Source: Eledone cirrhosa
Lineage: Eukaryota
Length of the DNA: 64,000 nucleotides
NCBI GenBank assembly: GCA_964016885.1
Contig: OZ024749.1
Coordinates: 32,922,001 to 32,986,000 of the forward strand
Direction: 5' to 3'
Shown here: positions 13,668 to 26,635 of the stretch, one piece after another
Layout of the letters: each line of letters opens with the position of its first letter
How positions within the stretch are numbered: the first letter of the stretch is position 1
The notes under the pieces: generated by a model
The model's database searches: none
Told to the model about the DNA's origin: nothing
Seen by the model: only the letters and a program-made list of their open reading frames with translations
Translations under genes and position numbers: made by a program

Positions 13668-13796
13668 AATCTTCTAGAAACTCAGTTTGATTTGAACTTG
13701 AAGTTTCGTGAAAAAATCAGTGATTATGAACCAAATCAGCTTCGCTGCCAACCTCTTGGTCGCGACATAAATGGAGGATCTTACTGGTATTTAATT
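13668..13796 (+). CDS. RSF1: RSF1-like exon (NLLETQFDLNLKFREKISDYEPNQLRCQPLGRDINGGSYWYLI)
   Basis: CAG|...|GTAAGT, 129 nt. Contains QFDxNLKF and the RxQPLGRDxxGxxYW WHIM2/WSD-type motif. Confidence 0.93.
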
Positions 13797-14403
13797 GTAA
13801 GTAAAACTTTCTTGACATTTTTTTAGGCTTTCTTATTGGTAGTTCTTTTAACTCTTTTCATACCGAATTGCTTGGAATCTCCCCTGGTACTACAAAACAA
13901 AACTTTCTATATACAAGTATAGACATACATATGAGGGCGTCCAACCAATACCAGTTTTGCTCAATGAAGGAATTAACAAAAATTATGTTTGAGAAAAGCA
14001 AACAAGATAAGAAAAAAATCTTTATCTTTACCTATTTACTTTGATGTCCCGGTTGCTGCAGTTTCACTGAGTAATCAGTTTTTTTAGTACCATGTGAAGT
14101 CAGCTCATCAGGGAACTTCTCAAACAAGAAAGAAAAATTCTTCCTTGTTACCCGCTACTAGTGATCATTTTGAATGGAAGAATTATCACATGAGCAATGG
14201 TCAACAGAAGGGCAATGATAGGTGGACAATAGTAAGTTATGGGCCGCTTGAAAAAGCAGTCTAATTCAGCCAGATTTTATACTCTACTATAGGGGAATAA
14301 TTAAATATATATATGTATATATATACTACATAATAGATACCATCGAAATATATATAACAATAAAATGATGTAAGATTCAAATAAACTGACTTCATTATTA
14401 TAT

Positions 14404-14838
14404 CATCATCATCATCATCATCATCATCACCGTTTTACGTCCGTTCTTCCACCCTAGCATGGGTTAGACGGGTTGTCCTGTTGTGGGCAGTGTCTGGTCG
14501 GCTGACCATGCCTTGCTCATACAGGAACTGATTTTGGCTTGATTTCTACAGCTGGATGCCCTTCCTAACACCAACCTCATTTACAGTGAGTGCTGGGTGC
14601 TTTTTCGTGGCGCCTACACGTCCACTTTACAGTGTGGGCTGGGTGCTTTTTTGCCGTGGCACCTCCACGACCACCTTGCAGTGGGAGGGTGTGGGGGCAT
14701 ATTGTCTATATGCTTCAGCCTGTACCCATGGGAGGTCGGGTACTCTGTATTACTGCGTGACGCCAGAGGTCACGGTCGTGTGTCATCGCCTTTGAGAGGT
14801 GTAATTGGGTAAGGTTGACTTTTATCACCTCATCCCAT
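14404..14838 (-). mobile_element. RTE-like LINE 3' end with (GAT)n tail
   Basis: (CAT)n on the plus strand followed by sequence nearly identical to 15277-15705. Confidence 0.75.
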
Positions 14839-14918
14839 GTGTATATATATGTATATATATATACATTTATATATATTTGCACACATATATACATATATAT
14901 AATCTTTATATTACCCAG

Positions 14919-15001
14919 GACAAAGATTTGAATCTGCGTATTTATCGTGAAGATCACCCAACCATAAAAGAAGAGGATGAAGTTTGGAGAATCATATGCA
15001 G
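14919..15001 (+). CDS. RSF1: RSF1-like exon (DKDLNLRIYREDHPTIKEEDEVWRIIC)
   Basis: CAG|...|GTAAAG, phase 0-2. DxDxNxRxYxE...W pattern continues the previous exon. Confidence 0.88.
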
Positions 15002-15276
15002 GTAAAGACTCAATTTCTTTTTTTTTTTATTTTTAAATAATTTAATATTGAATAAAAAAAAAAAATTACAATTTTTAATGATGAATAACCCTTTTGTGAT
15101 TGTATTTTTAATGAAATATTTCAATTACTGTATATAGTCGAATATAAGTTAATCTGAATATATGTTGACCCTTATTTTATGTCTAAGAAATAGGCAAAAA
15201 TCCAAACCCCAAGTATAAGCTGAGGCAGGTAATCCACACTCTGTTTAAATGGTGTGGTTCTGAAATTCTCATGAGT

Positions 15277-15810
15277 CATCATCATCATCATCATCATCAC
15301 CGTTTTACGTCCGTTCTTCCACGCTAGCATGGGTTAGACGGGTTGTCCTGTTGTGGGCAGTGTCTGGTCGGCTGACCATGCCTTGCTCATACAGGAACTG
15401 ATCTGGCTTGATTTCTACAGCTGGATGCCCTTCCTAACACCAACCTCATTTACAGTGAGTGCTGGGTGCTTTTTCGTGGCGCCTACACGTCCACTTTACA
15501 GTGTGGGCTGGGTGCTTTTTTGCCGTGGCACCTCCACGACCACCTTGCGGTGGGGGGGGGGGGGGCATATTGTTTATATGCTTCAGCATGTACCCATGGG
15601 AGGTCGGGTACCCTGTATTACTGCGTGACGCCAGAAGTCACGGTCGTGTGTCATTGACTTTGAGAGGTGTAGTTGGGTAAGGTCGGCTTTTATCACCTCA
15701 TCCCAAGTCATCTTGGGTCTCCCCACTCCGCGGTTTCTATCAACTTCTAGTGCTCTGCACCTTTTTATGCAGCTGTCATCCTTCATACGCATCACATGCC
15801 CATACCAGTG
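15277..15810 (-). mobile_element. RTE-like LINE 3' end (ORF2 C-terminus, 3'UTR, (GAT)n tail)
   Basis: Minus-strand peptide WYGHVMRM..GVGRPKMTWDEVIKADL..DRDFWR is typical of the RTE-clade ORF2 end. Confidence 0.8.
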
Positions 15811-16189
15811 AAGAATATATTTATAAAGTTTTAATATTTTGATATTTAAAATGTTTTAAGTGTCGTTTAGAGTATAGATTTTGTTTCACAACTCCATTAC
15901 GTAATGACTTTTTACCAATTTCCGACTGATTTGAAGGCCATATTCATACAAAACATATAAAAAACAATAAGAAATATGAATTTCATAACAAAAATGAAAC
16001 TCGTGTAATATTTACCTGGAAAGTGAAACCAGTGTAATATTCACCTCCAAAGTGAAAATATTTTAGCACCTCATTTATGTAGAATTTCGAAGTTGGTGAA
16101 AATCGGCAAAATATTGACCTTTAATATAAGCTGATCCCTCAATTTTTGGTAATTAACAAAGGATTTTGATGGATTTATATTAGACAGTC

Positions 16190-16381
16190 ATAATTGTTTC
16201 TACTTTTGGCACAAGGCCAGCAATTATCCCAGTGCATTACTGGTACTTTATTTTATCGACCCCGTAAGGATGAAAGGCAAAGTTAACCTCGGCGGGATTT
16301 GAACTCAGAATGGCAAGGGCCGCAACTCTATACGTCAAAGCATGGCGTCCGACCCTCTACTGATACTGCCAATCCACCACC
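16190..16381 (-). mobile_element. tRNA-derived SINE family 1
   Basis: A-box-like TGGCAGTATCAGTAG and B-box GAGTTCAAATCCC on the minus strand. Similar copies at 465-606(+), 1374-1553(-), 29005-29162(+) and 56335-56522(-). Confidence 0.8.
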
Positions 16382-16650
16382 ATATTAGACAGTCATAATG
16401 CCATTTAATACTTTTCAAGAATGCTTTGCTAATGCGGTTTCATGTGGTACAGGATGTTAAGAGTTAAACAACCTTAACTATGGAATGCATTTGAAGATGC
16501 AATAAAAATATTCAACATAACGAAATAAAGTTAAGATCTGGATATTCATGTAGCCAAAATATATTGAATTTCTACTAGTCCCACTAGTTATTTTTGATGT
16601 TATGAAATTGTTGGATGTTCCTATACGTTGACACTGCTTTCTTTTAACAG

Positions 16651-16784
16651 GGATCGTGACGATCTTGCTGGTTTGGTTGCTATCTTGGATTCTGAGATAA
16701 ATCCCAAAAAAGAAAAAGAACAGACTGAAACTGATGAGAAAGATGAAGTCAAAGAAATGGACATTTCTGATTCCCAGGTGAAAC
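16651..16784 (+). CDS. RSF1: RSF1-like exon (RDRDDLAGLVAILDSEINPKKEKEQ...)
   Basis: CAG|...|GTAAGT, phase 2-1, compatible with both neighbours. Confidence 0.85.
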
Positions 16785-17284
16785 GTAAGTGTCATATATT
16801 TCTGTATTTATCCAAATGATTTTCATGGAATCATTCTCTGAGTTATTAACCCTCTAGCATTTACATTAATGTAAATGCTAGAGTAATGTGCCAAGTAATC
16901 CCAATGGAAGGAAGACCACAAAAAACATGGCTTTCCTGAAGCTAACTCACATTTTTTTAAAGTAAGGTGTATATGTAATTATTTCAAATTTAGGCACAAA
17001 ACCAGTAGTTTTAGTGGAAGGAAAATTCGATTATATCAACCTCAGTACTTCACTGGTACTTTATTCTGTTGACCCTGGAAGGAGGAAAGGCGAAGAAAAT
17101 TGTGTAAAATACTACTATAGATTGAAAAAGTGACCAGCATCCACTATGAAGAATCGAACTAGTGGCTGTTGGCCACTTTTTTCTGAGGGGTATTTTACCT
17201 GATTTTCTATGTTATTATTTATAGTAACTCCGCTGAGGTTAACTATGTCTTTCATCCTTTTGGGGTTGATAACACGGGGTCGAT

Positions 17285-17510
17285 TTAACCCTTTAGCAAT
17301 TACATTACTCTCTTTATACTATTATATTTTTGTGGTAAAGGCTCTACCTCGTATAATTATCTCACACAATATTGAATCTATGAGATTTTGATATTTATTT
17401 TGAGAACAATACCTTAACACCAGTATGAGTGGCCGGTTATAGCCGGTTTGAACAAAAAAAAGTGAGAGAATTCTGGCCGGATATGGCCATTTTAGATGCT
17501 GAAGGGTTAA
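17285..17510 (+). mobile_element. piggyBac-type MITE family A copy inserted in a SINE
   Basis: TTAACCCTTTAGCA...GCTGAAGGGTTAA, with SINE sequence continuing on both sides. Confidence 0.85.
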
Positions 17511-17682
17511 TTGACTTTCCCCTTCCCTTCAAATTACCGGCCTTGAGCCTAATTTAGAAACAATTATTTATAGCAACTAACTGGTTAAAGTTATTTTCTG
17601 TGTCTAAGATTTCTACTCAATGCTCCAATGGTATATTTTTTAATTGTTTGTTATATTTCCTTGTCTTTTTTTTCAATTCCAG

Positions 17683-19033
17683 CTGAAATAAAACAACCTC
17701 TCACAGTGGATGACTTGCTGGATACTACAGTAAAAAAGCGAGAGCATTTTAAAATTAACCCAATTATTATCAAGTCTGAAACAGACGGCAGTCACGGGAA
17801 GAAAAGGTACGAAATCAGCGAAAAGGTTAGGGATACGACAGAAGAATGCAAAGTTCTTGTGAAACCTTTGGCAGAAGGCAGCTACGTGAAAGTGGAGCCT
17901 CCTGATGATGGATTTTATAAAATATCTAAGCCTACCACATCTGACAAGAAAGACTCGGAGATCCGTAAAACAAATGACGGTTGCCGAGATGTCAGAATTG
18001 TGCTTGAGAAAGACGAGATGGAAATTAGTATTAGTGATGGAAGCTGTGATGGAAAAGAGCCATCTGCGACTGGCATGAACAGACACGGTGGAAACAAGGA
18101 TGCGGGAACTGTGTCGGCGAAATTGACTGAGAGCAAGTTTAATGATGAAAGTGATAAGAGAGAAGTACAGGATGTTGAAAAGAAAGACAAGCCTGAGGAT
18201 GTTACCAATGAGATTGGCAGTGACAGGGCGAAAGAGAAGCATGTGAAGGACTCCAAAATCAGTAGTGAAGCAAAAAGTGAGATGTCACAGGTGAAAGAAG
18301 CCAAAGAGGAGAGATCAGAGGTGAAAGACACAAAAAACATTGAAGAGGAAGACAAAAATAAGAGTGACATGAAGGTGAAAGGTGAAGAACAGCCACAAGA
18401 GAAGAAAAAGGACAAAGAAAGTAAGTCCAGGAGTGATAAGATAGAAGAGAAGAAAGATCCTAGTCACAGTAGAGTGAGCAGTGAAAACCTACAGGATTGT
18501 AAAGATAAGGATAGTAGGAATGAAATGTCAGAGAATAGTAAAGATAAAAAGTCTGTTGAAATGAAAGGGAAAAGGGTAAAAGAGTCGGATGTAACTAGAC
18601 CAGAGATGAAAGATGAACAGATCCCAGAGAAAAAAAATAAGGGTAAGGAGAGCAAAGAGGATAATAAAGACAAGGATACAACTAGAACGGAGGTCGAAGG
18701 TGAAAAGTCACAGGCTAATAAAGGGTCTGCTGAAATTAAGGTCAAAGGTGAAGAGTTACAGAGCAAGAAAGACAAGGAAAGGAGTAAGACTGAGTTAAAG
18801 GATGACGAGTTACAGGGCAAGAAAGATAAGGACAAAGCCAACGAAAGCAAAGCGGAGCAGCAAGAGAAGAAAGACAAGCTGACTGCTGGCATTGAGGTGA
18901 AAGCCGAGAAGCGAAAGTTGGTTAGCTGTGAGGATCCTGGACTAGAGAGTAAAAGCCGGAGAGAATGTGGCATAAGCGGGACTTCTGATTCTAGTGCTAC
19001 TACCACTTCTACTACTACTGTTAGTAGTAATAA

Positions 19034-19065
<32 letters not shown>

Positions 19066-21479
19066 ACGGCAGTTCTTCACCTGAAAAAGTACTTGTCACC
19101 ATTAATCTTGATTCCGAGGAGAAACCGATTAACTTTCGCAGAGAAAGTGTTATAAAGATTGGCAAACGACTCGACAAAGGGGCAACTGAGGAGACCTCCC
19201 CGAAGAAACCTGGTGACAACAAGGAGGGCAGTTCAACCCCAACCAAAGAACAGCAGCAGTCAGGTTCTAGTGGGAAGGAATCAAAAGAAATAGGTGTACC
19301 GATAGATCTGAGTAACAAGAAGAGAGACAGTGGTGGAAGTATCGTGAGCTCTACTTCAAGTTGCAGCCAGTTACTTAAAATTGCAGATAAGCTTCACGCT
19401 AAGAATTTATGCAAACAGAATGAAGAAAAGGACGAGAAAAAAACAGTTACAAGCATTGGTAAAGAAGAAGTTAAGAAAAAGGCAGAAAGAAAAGATGTGG
19501 GTAGAGAAGAACACAGCAAAGATGAGCAGGAATCTAGTTCTTCATCTGATGCAAAACACGTCCAGGAATCGTCAAAATCATCGGAAAGTCGAACATCACT
19601 TTCCGCTATGAAACAAAAGCAGCCTGCTGAGAAAACAAGTGAGACGTCAGCAACTTGGAAACCATCCGACTCCAGTTCCTGTAGTGATAAAAATGTCAAG
19701 GACAACAAGGAATCCAGTGGTTCTAAGAAACTTTCTGAAGAGACGAGAGGAAAAGATAAGCCTAAGTCGGTCTCTGAAGCGAATAATGATGGTTCGAAAT
19801 CTCAAAACAAACATAAATCTGAGAAACTCCCGGAAGGTAGTGGCAGTGATGTTTCTTGTTCTTCTAAGAAGTCAGATGGGAAGCAATTAGGGAAAAGTGA
19901 TGAAGCATTAAAGAAGGAAACAAGTAGCAAAGGTGAAAGAAATGTAAGAGAAGACAGAAATAGCCCATCCAGTTGTTCAAATGACTCAAATGTTCATAGT
20001 GAATTACTAACTAGCAAGAAGGAAGAAGAGAAACTGAAAATTAAGGCCACAGAGGTTCATAGTGAGAAAAGCAGTTCAGAAAAGAAAACCTCTTTAGAGG
20101 ACAAAAGCAAAGAACTAGAAAATAAAGAAAAGCTTAAAAGTGGTTGTTCAAAACAATCTGAGGACATTGGTTCTGTTGAGAAAAAACCCGAGAGCATTAC
20201 GAAATCTGAGGGAGCTGCTGAATCGGGGAAAGATAAGAAGAAGTCTGTAAGCTCAGAAATAAGTGACCAAAACAAAACTACTAATAAAGATGTCTCTCAA
20301 GAGAAGACAGAGAAAAAAGTAGTGAAAAGGAAGTTGTCTTCATTAAGTAAGTCAGTGTGTGGAGAAAATGAGTCTGACAGTCAGAAAGAAGATCCCGTTG
20401 ACAAACTACAAAAGAGCAGTGAATACTCTGTTAAACATAAGGAGGAACAGCAGCAGTCAGCATCTTTGGGGGCTACATGTGATAAAACAGACGATAAATC
20501 TAATGCAACTAACTCCTTAGATCAAGATATTGATAATGAAGAAGAAATGTTGTCGGATGATGACTCAGATGACAACAGAAATGACTGTTCTCGAATACGT
20601 AAGAGGAAAGCATCTGATAAGCTGCCTATAATAACACCCCCCTCTAAAAACGAAAGGAAAATAACACCTGAGGAATCTTATGTGAATGCTCAAGAGAAGA
20701 AATCCTCTGAGCTAACAACTGAGGTATCAGAGACAGTTGCTTCTAAGACAGATGTGGATCTGTCTGAGAAAGAGGCTGATAGTTCTGTGAAAGTGGCTGA
20801 TAGTTCTGTGAAAGTGGCTGATAGTTCTGTGAAAGTGGCTGACAGTGCCGTTAAAGCGACTGACGATTCTGCTAAAGATGCTGAGATTTCAGCAAAAGAA
20901 GCTGAGAGCTCTCTGAAAGAAACTGTCAGCGATGCCGAAGTCAGTAATCTTCGGTCATCTCGCAGGCTACGGGCCAGAAGACAGCAAATTTTCACTCCTA
21001 TACCAGAAGTTGAGAAGAAAAAGAAAAGTAAGGAATCAACTGTAAACGGTACCAGTGGTACTACGGGGGAAAATGAAGATGCCCCAGACGGGAAGCGAAC
21101 CCGATCCCGGAGGCGGACAGAAGCTGAGCTAGTGTGTACAGATTTAATCATTCCTGACGATGAGAAACGGACGCGGGGTAAGAAACGTCAAAACAGCCTT
21201 CTTGAGGAGCTTGCTAGTGCTGAAACACCTGAAGAAATTGAGCCAAAGAAAGCCAAGAGCTCCAAGAACTTTCGCAAAACTAAATCACGTAAGAAAGATG
21301 GTGATTGTAGGCCGAGTTCACAGTCAGACAGTGATGATATGCCTTTGAGTAAAGTGTCGAAAGGACGCAAACGACACGGCAAAGGTAAAGGCCGCAACAA
21401 AAATTCTCGGCAGCCACTAACAGTCCTTGGAGATTCTGCTTCAACTTCTCCTACGAGAAAAAGTACTCGCAATGTCAAG
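17683..21479 (+). CDS. RSF1: RSF1-like giant exon (3797 nt, K/E/S/D-rich, predicted disordered)
   Basis: Lies within the 1289-aa ORF 17628-21497. Acceptor TTCCAG ends at 17682 and donor GTATGT starts at 21480, phase 1-0. Confidence 0.92.
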
Positions 21480-21784
21480 GTATGTGTTTTAAAATAGTTT
21501 CTTTTTAACCTTTTACATGCAAAACTGATAAAAACCACCACAATTATATCTGTAACCAATTAAACCATTTGGTACACAATTACTCATTTTAAAATGTTCT
21601 TACTGAAATAAAACTATTATAGAAGCTTTGAATATAAGAAACATTTTTTAAAGTAATGTTTCAGACATCATCTTATACTAATAAAAAAGATAGATATCTC
21701 ATTAAATTTTTCAAGTTTTCAAAATTAATTGATACATTAGAAATACAGTAACAAAATGGTTAATTCAGTATATGAAAAGCAAGT

Positions 21785-21974
21785 TTAACCCTTTAGCATC
21801 TAAACTGGCTGTATCTGGCCAGAATTCTCTCACCTCTTTCTCGTACCAATGTTGAGGTATTGTTCTCAAAATAAATAACATCAAAATTTTGTAGCTTCGA
21901 TGTTATTTGAGATAAAGCCTTTACCACAGAAATACAATAGTATATATAGAGTAATGTAAATGGTAAAGGGTTAA
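21785..21974 (-). mobile_element. piggyBac-type MITE family A copy (internal deletion)
   Basis: TTAACCCTTTAGCATC...GTAAAGGGTTAA. Confidence 0.85.
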
Positions 21975-22689
21975 ATGCTTAAATATATTTAATGTTGCAT
22001 AATATTGGCAACGAAAATCACCAGTTTTGCAGCCTTTTATGTGTCTTAACTTTTTAATGTCAACCTGCCAACAACCACCTCTGGTTTTATGAAACAAAGC
22101 CACATATTTTAAAGGGTTCTTTGAATTAAAATCTTTTAGCATAATTTGAGGTTTAGATGTATTGTTCCAAAATGCTCAATTTTAGCAAAGAAGCATGTGA
22201 ATGTACATATATTTACAAAACACACCCACACATTTGTGTTTAAAGTGTTTATATTTATCTAAAATCCTTCCATTATAATTTTATGTCAGAACCTCTAAGT
22301 TATGTTCTAAACATAAATTTAATAACGAGAAAGTTATATTACTAAATCCTTCCAAATTCTCAATTATTTTCCAAATGATTCTGAAATCATAGGCAGTGAC
22401 TTTTATTAGAAATATGGTAATGAAAGTGGTTAAATATTACAGTGTATGTGAGATATAACTGTTACTTTATATTTCTGTTGAGATGTGAATATATTTCTTA
22501 CAAGGCATGTGGCCTTGTGGTTAGGGTGTTGGATTCAAAGGTCATGAGTTTGATGGCAAATTGTTTTTGTCATGGTGCAAGGCACTTTATTTCACAATAC
22601 CTTTCATTAAAACATCCAAGAAGCCTCCTATGACATATAATCTCATAGGAGGCCAGCTAAACCTGTATAGGTATTAGTTTGTAACAGCA

Positions 22690-23901
22690 ACATAATTGGA
22701 CTGGGGACCCTATCATTAAAACACCTGAGAAAACTGAGGTACAACCTCGTAGAAGGCCAAGCTAAATCTGTATAGCTGTATCAACATAATTGGACTGGGG
22801 ACCCTATCATTAATATACCTGAGAAACTTCCTATGAGGTATAACCTCAGAAAGTCGGCTAAACCTGTATAGATGTGAGCTGTAACAACATAATTGGACTG
22901 GGGACCCTATCATTAAAATACCTGGGAAACCTATGAGATATAACCTTGTAGAAGGCCAGCTAAACCTGTATAGATGTGAGCTGTAACAACATAATTGGAC
23001 TGGGGACCCTATCATTAAAATACCTGGGAAACCTATGAGATATAACCTTGTAGAAGGCCAGCTAAATCTGTATAGATGTGAGCTGTAACAACATAATTGG
23101 ACTGGGGACCCTATCATTAAAATACCTGGGAAACCTATGAGATATAACCTTGTAGAAGGCCAGCTAAACCTGTATAGATGTGAGCTGTAACAACATAATT
23201 GGACTGGGGACCCTATCATTAAAATACCTGGGAAACCTATGAGATATAACCTTGTAGAAGGCCAGCTAAATCTGTATAGATGTGAGCTGTAACAACATAA
23301 TTGGACTGGGGACCCTATCATTAAAATACCTGGGAAACCTATGAGATATAACCTTGTAGAAGGCCAGCTAAACCTGTATAGATGTGAGCTGTAACAACAT
23401 AATTGAACTGGGGACCCTATCATTAAAATACCTGGGAAACCTATGAGATATAACCTTGTAGAAGGCCAGCTAAATCTGTATAGATGTGAGCTGTAACAAC
23501 ATAATTGGACTGGGGACCCTATCATTAAAATACCTGGGAAACCTATGAGATATAACCTTGTAGAAGGCCAGCTAAATCTGTATAGATGTGAGCTGTAACA
23601 ACATAATTGAACTGGGGACCCTATCATTAAAATACCTGGGAAACCTATGAGATATAACCTTGTAGAAGGCCAGCTAAATCTGTATAGATGAGAGCTGTAA
23701 CAACATAATTGGACTGGGGACCCTATCATTAAAATACCTGGGAAACCTATGAGATATAACCTTGTAGAAGGCCAGCTAAATCTGTATAGATGTGAGCTGT
23801 AACAACATAATTGGACTGGGGACCCTATCATTAAAATACCTGGGAAACCTATGAGATATAACCTTGTAGAAGGCCAGCTAAATCTGTATAGATGTGAGCT
23901 G
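22690..23901. repeat. 102-bp tandem repeat, ~11-12 highly homogeneous copies
   Basis: 34-aa periodicity in ORF 22716-23831. Confidence 0.95.
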
Positions 23902-23943
23902 TGAATTTCATTTTCCTTTTTTTTTTTTTTTTTGTTTCTTCAG

Positions 23944-24349
23944 AAGAAAGAATATGACGAAAGTGAATTTGATACTTGTTTATCGGGACGGTACTCAACC
24001 AACGGGCGAGGCAAACAAGGACGAAGTGGCGTCGCAGTATCAGTGAAGGGCAAGAAGCATGGCAAAAAACGCAGCAGCTCCGTTGAGTCTGACAAGTGGG
24101 TGTCGGACAAAACAGAAGAGGAGGAAGAGGAAGAAGATGATGATGAGGAAGAAGAGGAGTTATTTGTGGGAGAATTGCTCCGTAGGAGTACACGTGTACG
24201 TCGTCCAGTTGGCACCAAGAACAAGTTGCTCTGTCTCGGTACTTCCAGCGATGAATGTAAATCAGAAGAGACCAATGAAGATGACACGAGTGATGAAGAG
24301 TTCCTGTTACCAAAGGGCAGAAATGCTCGGAGAGCTGCAGCACGATCAG
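23944..24349 (+). CDS. RSF1: RSF1-like exon (KKEYDESEFD...poly-E/D...RRAAARS)
   Basis: Poly-T + CAG acceptor, GTATGT donor, open frame, phase 0-1. Confidence 0.85.
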
Positions 24350-25334
24350 GTATGTATATATTTTAGTGTTTATCATCATCATTTCCGTTTAGTGTCGGTT
24401 CTTCCATGCTTGCATGGGTTAGACGGGTCGTCCATGCTTGCATGGGTTAGACGGGTCGTCCATGCTGGGATGTAAGTTAAGTCTGGCCATGTCACACCAC
24501 CTTGCTCTGGCGAGGACTATAAATTTGGCCAGGTATTTTACAGTTGGATGCCCTTCCTAACACCAACCACATTATATATTTATCTAAAAAACCTTCCATC
24601 ATAATTTTATGTATGAACTTTCGTTAAGTTATGTTTCAAACACCAGCTTAATGATAATTACCATCACCATTTAATGTCCACATTCCCTGTTAGCTAGGGT
24701 TGGACAGGTCTTAACAGGTGGAGTCTGTACTAATGCTGGTCTACCGACCTCCGAGACAAGTTGGGGTTCATATCCTGCTTACATACGGTTCCACATTCTA
24801 CCAAGTGCATTTTATGGTGGCATCAGCACCAGAGAGGCTGTCATGTTTCCAACGCAATTGGAGAATCCTCCTAACATCTGTTTGACAAGCTTTCTACGGT
24901 TGGAAGCCCTTCATAATACCAACCACTTTACAACGGGTACTGGGTACTTTTTTGTGTAAATCACTAGCACTAGGGAGGTTGTCATTCTTGACACCACTGA
25001 AGGGTCCTAATTAGTAATATTATTAAATCCCGCCAAGTTCTTAATTATTTTGTACATCAACCACTTTACAGAATATACTGGGTGCCTTTTATGTCAGCTT
25101 TTCTATGCTGTATGGGTTATTACAGACCAAATCTGTACTAGTACTGTCACCCTAGACAAACCAGAGCCTATTTCTCACTTTCATTTCAGTTTAGGTAGTG
25201 TTTCTACAGCTAGATGCCCTTGCTAAAGCAAACCACTTTACAATGCATTTTATTATGGCATCAGCACTATGTATATATATTTATGCAAAAACATGCCCAT
25301 AAACTCTCACAAATATGTTATACCTATTCCCCAG

Positions 25335-25417
25335 GTGCTAAAGAAGCTGAAAAGGTAGAAGATACTGAAAATGATAAACCTTGTAGCAAATGTCAGCAAT
25401 TTGACCGACCAGAAACG
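25335..25417 (+). CDS. RSF1: RSF1-like exon, PHD finger N-part (AKEAEKVEDTENDKPCSKCQQFDRPET)
   Basis: CAG|...|GTAACT, phase 1-0. Supplies the first CxxC pair of the PHD finger. Confidence 0.9.
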
Positions 25418-25669
25418 GTAACTGTTTATCTTCACTTTATTTTTTTTTTTATTCTTGTCTTTTAAATAAAATTTGTTAGGTGCCATTCAGCTCATATGAT
25501 CTCTTTTAGGCTTGGTTTTCTACAGCAGTATGCCTTTCCTAACAACAACCACTTTACATGGTGGACTGGGTGCTTTTGTCATAGCACCTGTACAACCTCT
25601 TTATGGGGTGGACTGTGTGCTTTTGTCGTAGTGCCAGCATGACCACCTTACAGAGTGGACTAAATATTT

Positions 25670-26635
25670 TTTTGTCATGGTACCAGCACTACTACTGTAC
25701 AGACTAAGCCAGGTACTTTTTGTCATGGTACCAGCACTACCACTGTACATGCTAGGCCAGGTACTTTTTGTCATGGTACCAGCAATGCTTCTGTTCAGGT
25801 TGAGCCAAGTATTTTTTTGTTATGGTACCAGCACTGCCACTGTTCAGGCTAGGCCAGGTACTTCTTCTCATGGTACCAGCACTGCCACTGTTCAGGCTAG
25901 GCCAGGTACTTCTTCTCATGGTACCAGCACTGCCACTGTTCAGGCTAGGTCAGGTACTTCTTCTCATGGTACCAGCACTGCCACTGTTCAGGCTAGGCCA
26001 GGTACTTTTTCTGCTACCAGCACTGCCACTGTACATGCTAGGCCAGGTACTTTTTGTCATGGTACCAGCACTACCACTGTACATGCTAGGCCAGATACTT
26101 TTTGTCATGGTACCAGCACTACTACTGTACAGACTAAGTCAGGTACTTTTTGTCATGGTACCAGCACTACCACTACATGCTAGGCCAGGTACTTTTTGTC
26201 ATGGTACCAGCACTGCTACTGTTCAGGTTGAGCCAGGTATTTTTTTGTTATGGTACCAGCACTGCCACTGTTCAGGCTAGGTCAGGTACTTCTTCTCATG
26301 GTACCAGCACTGCCACTGTTCAGGCTAGGCCAGGTACTTCTTCTCATGGTACCAGCACTGCCACTGTTCAGGCTAGGCCAGGTACGTCTTCTCATGGTAC
26401 TAGCACTGCCACTGTTCAGGCTAGGCCAGGTACTTTTTCTGGTACCAGCACTACCACTGTACATGCTAGGCCAGGTACTTTTTGTCATGGTACCAGCACT
26501 ACCACTGTACATGCTAGGCCAGGTACTTTTTGTCATGGTACCAGCACTACCACTGTACATGCTAGACCAGATACTTTTTGTCATGGTACCAGCACTACCA
26601 CTGTACAGGCTGAGCCAGGTACTTTTTGTCATGGC
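25670..26635. repeat. 48-bp minisatellite, ~20 copies, in the intron splitting the PHD finger
   Basis: Unit CATGGTACCAGCACTGCCACTGTTCAGGCTAGGCCAGGTACTTCTTCT. Confidence 0.95.

Noticed and set aside
16852-16883. Small palindrome CTCTAGCATTTACATTAATGTAAATGCTAGAG
   Set aside because: Explained as collapsed TIR sequence of MITE family A.
17628-17682. ATG at 17628 as the start of a single-exon 1289-aa gene
   Set aside because: The first 18 codons are the intron polypyrimidine tract; upstream exons splice in frame at 17683.
17673-21559. Minus-strand ORFs opposite the giant exon
   Set aside because: Antisense shadows of a biased-composition coding exon.
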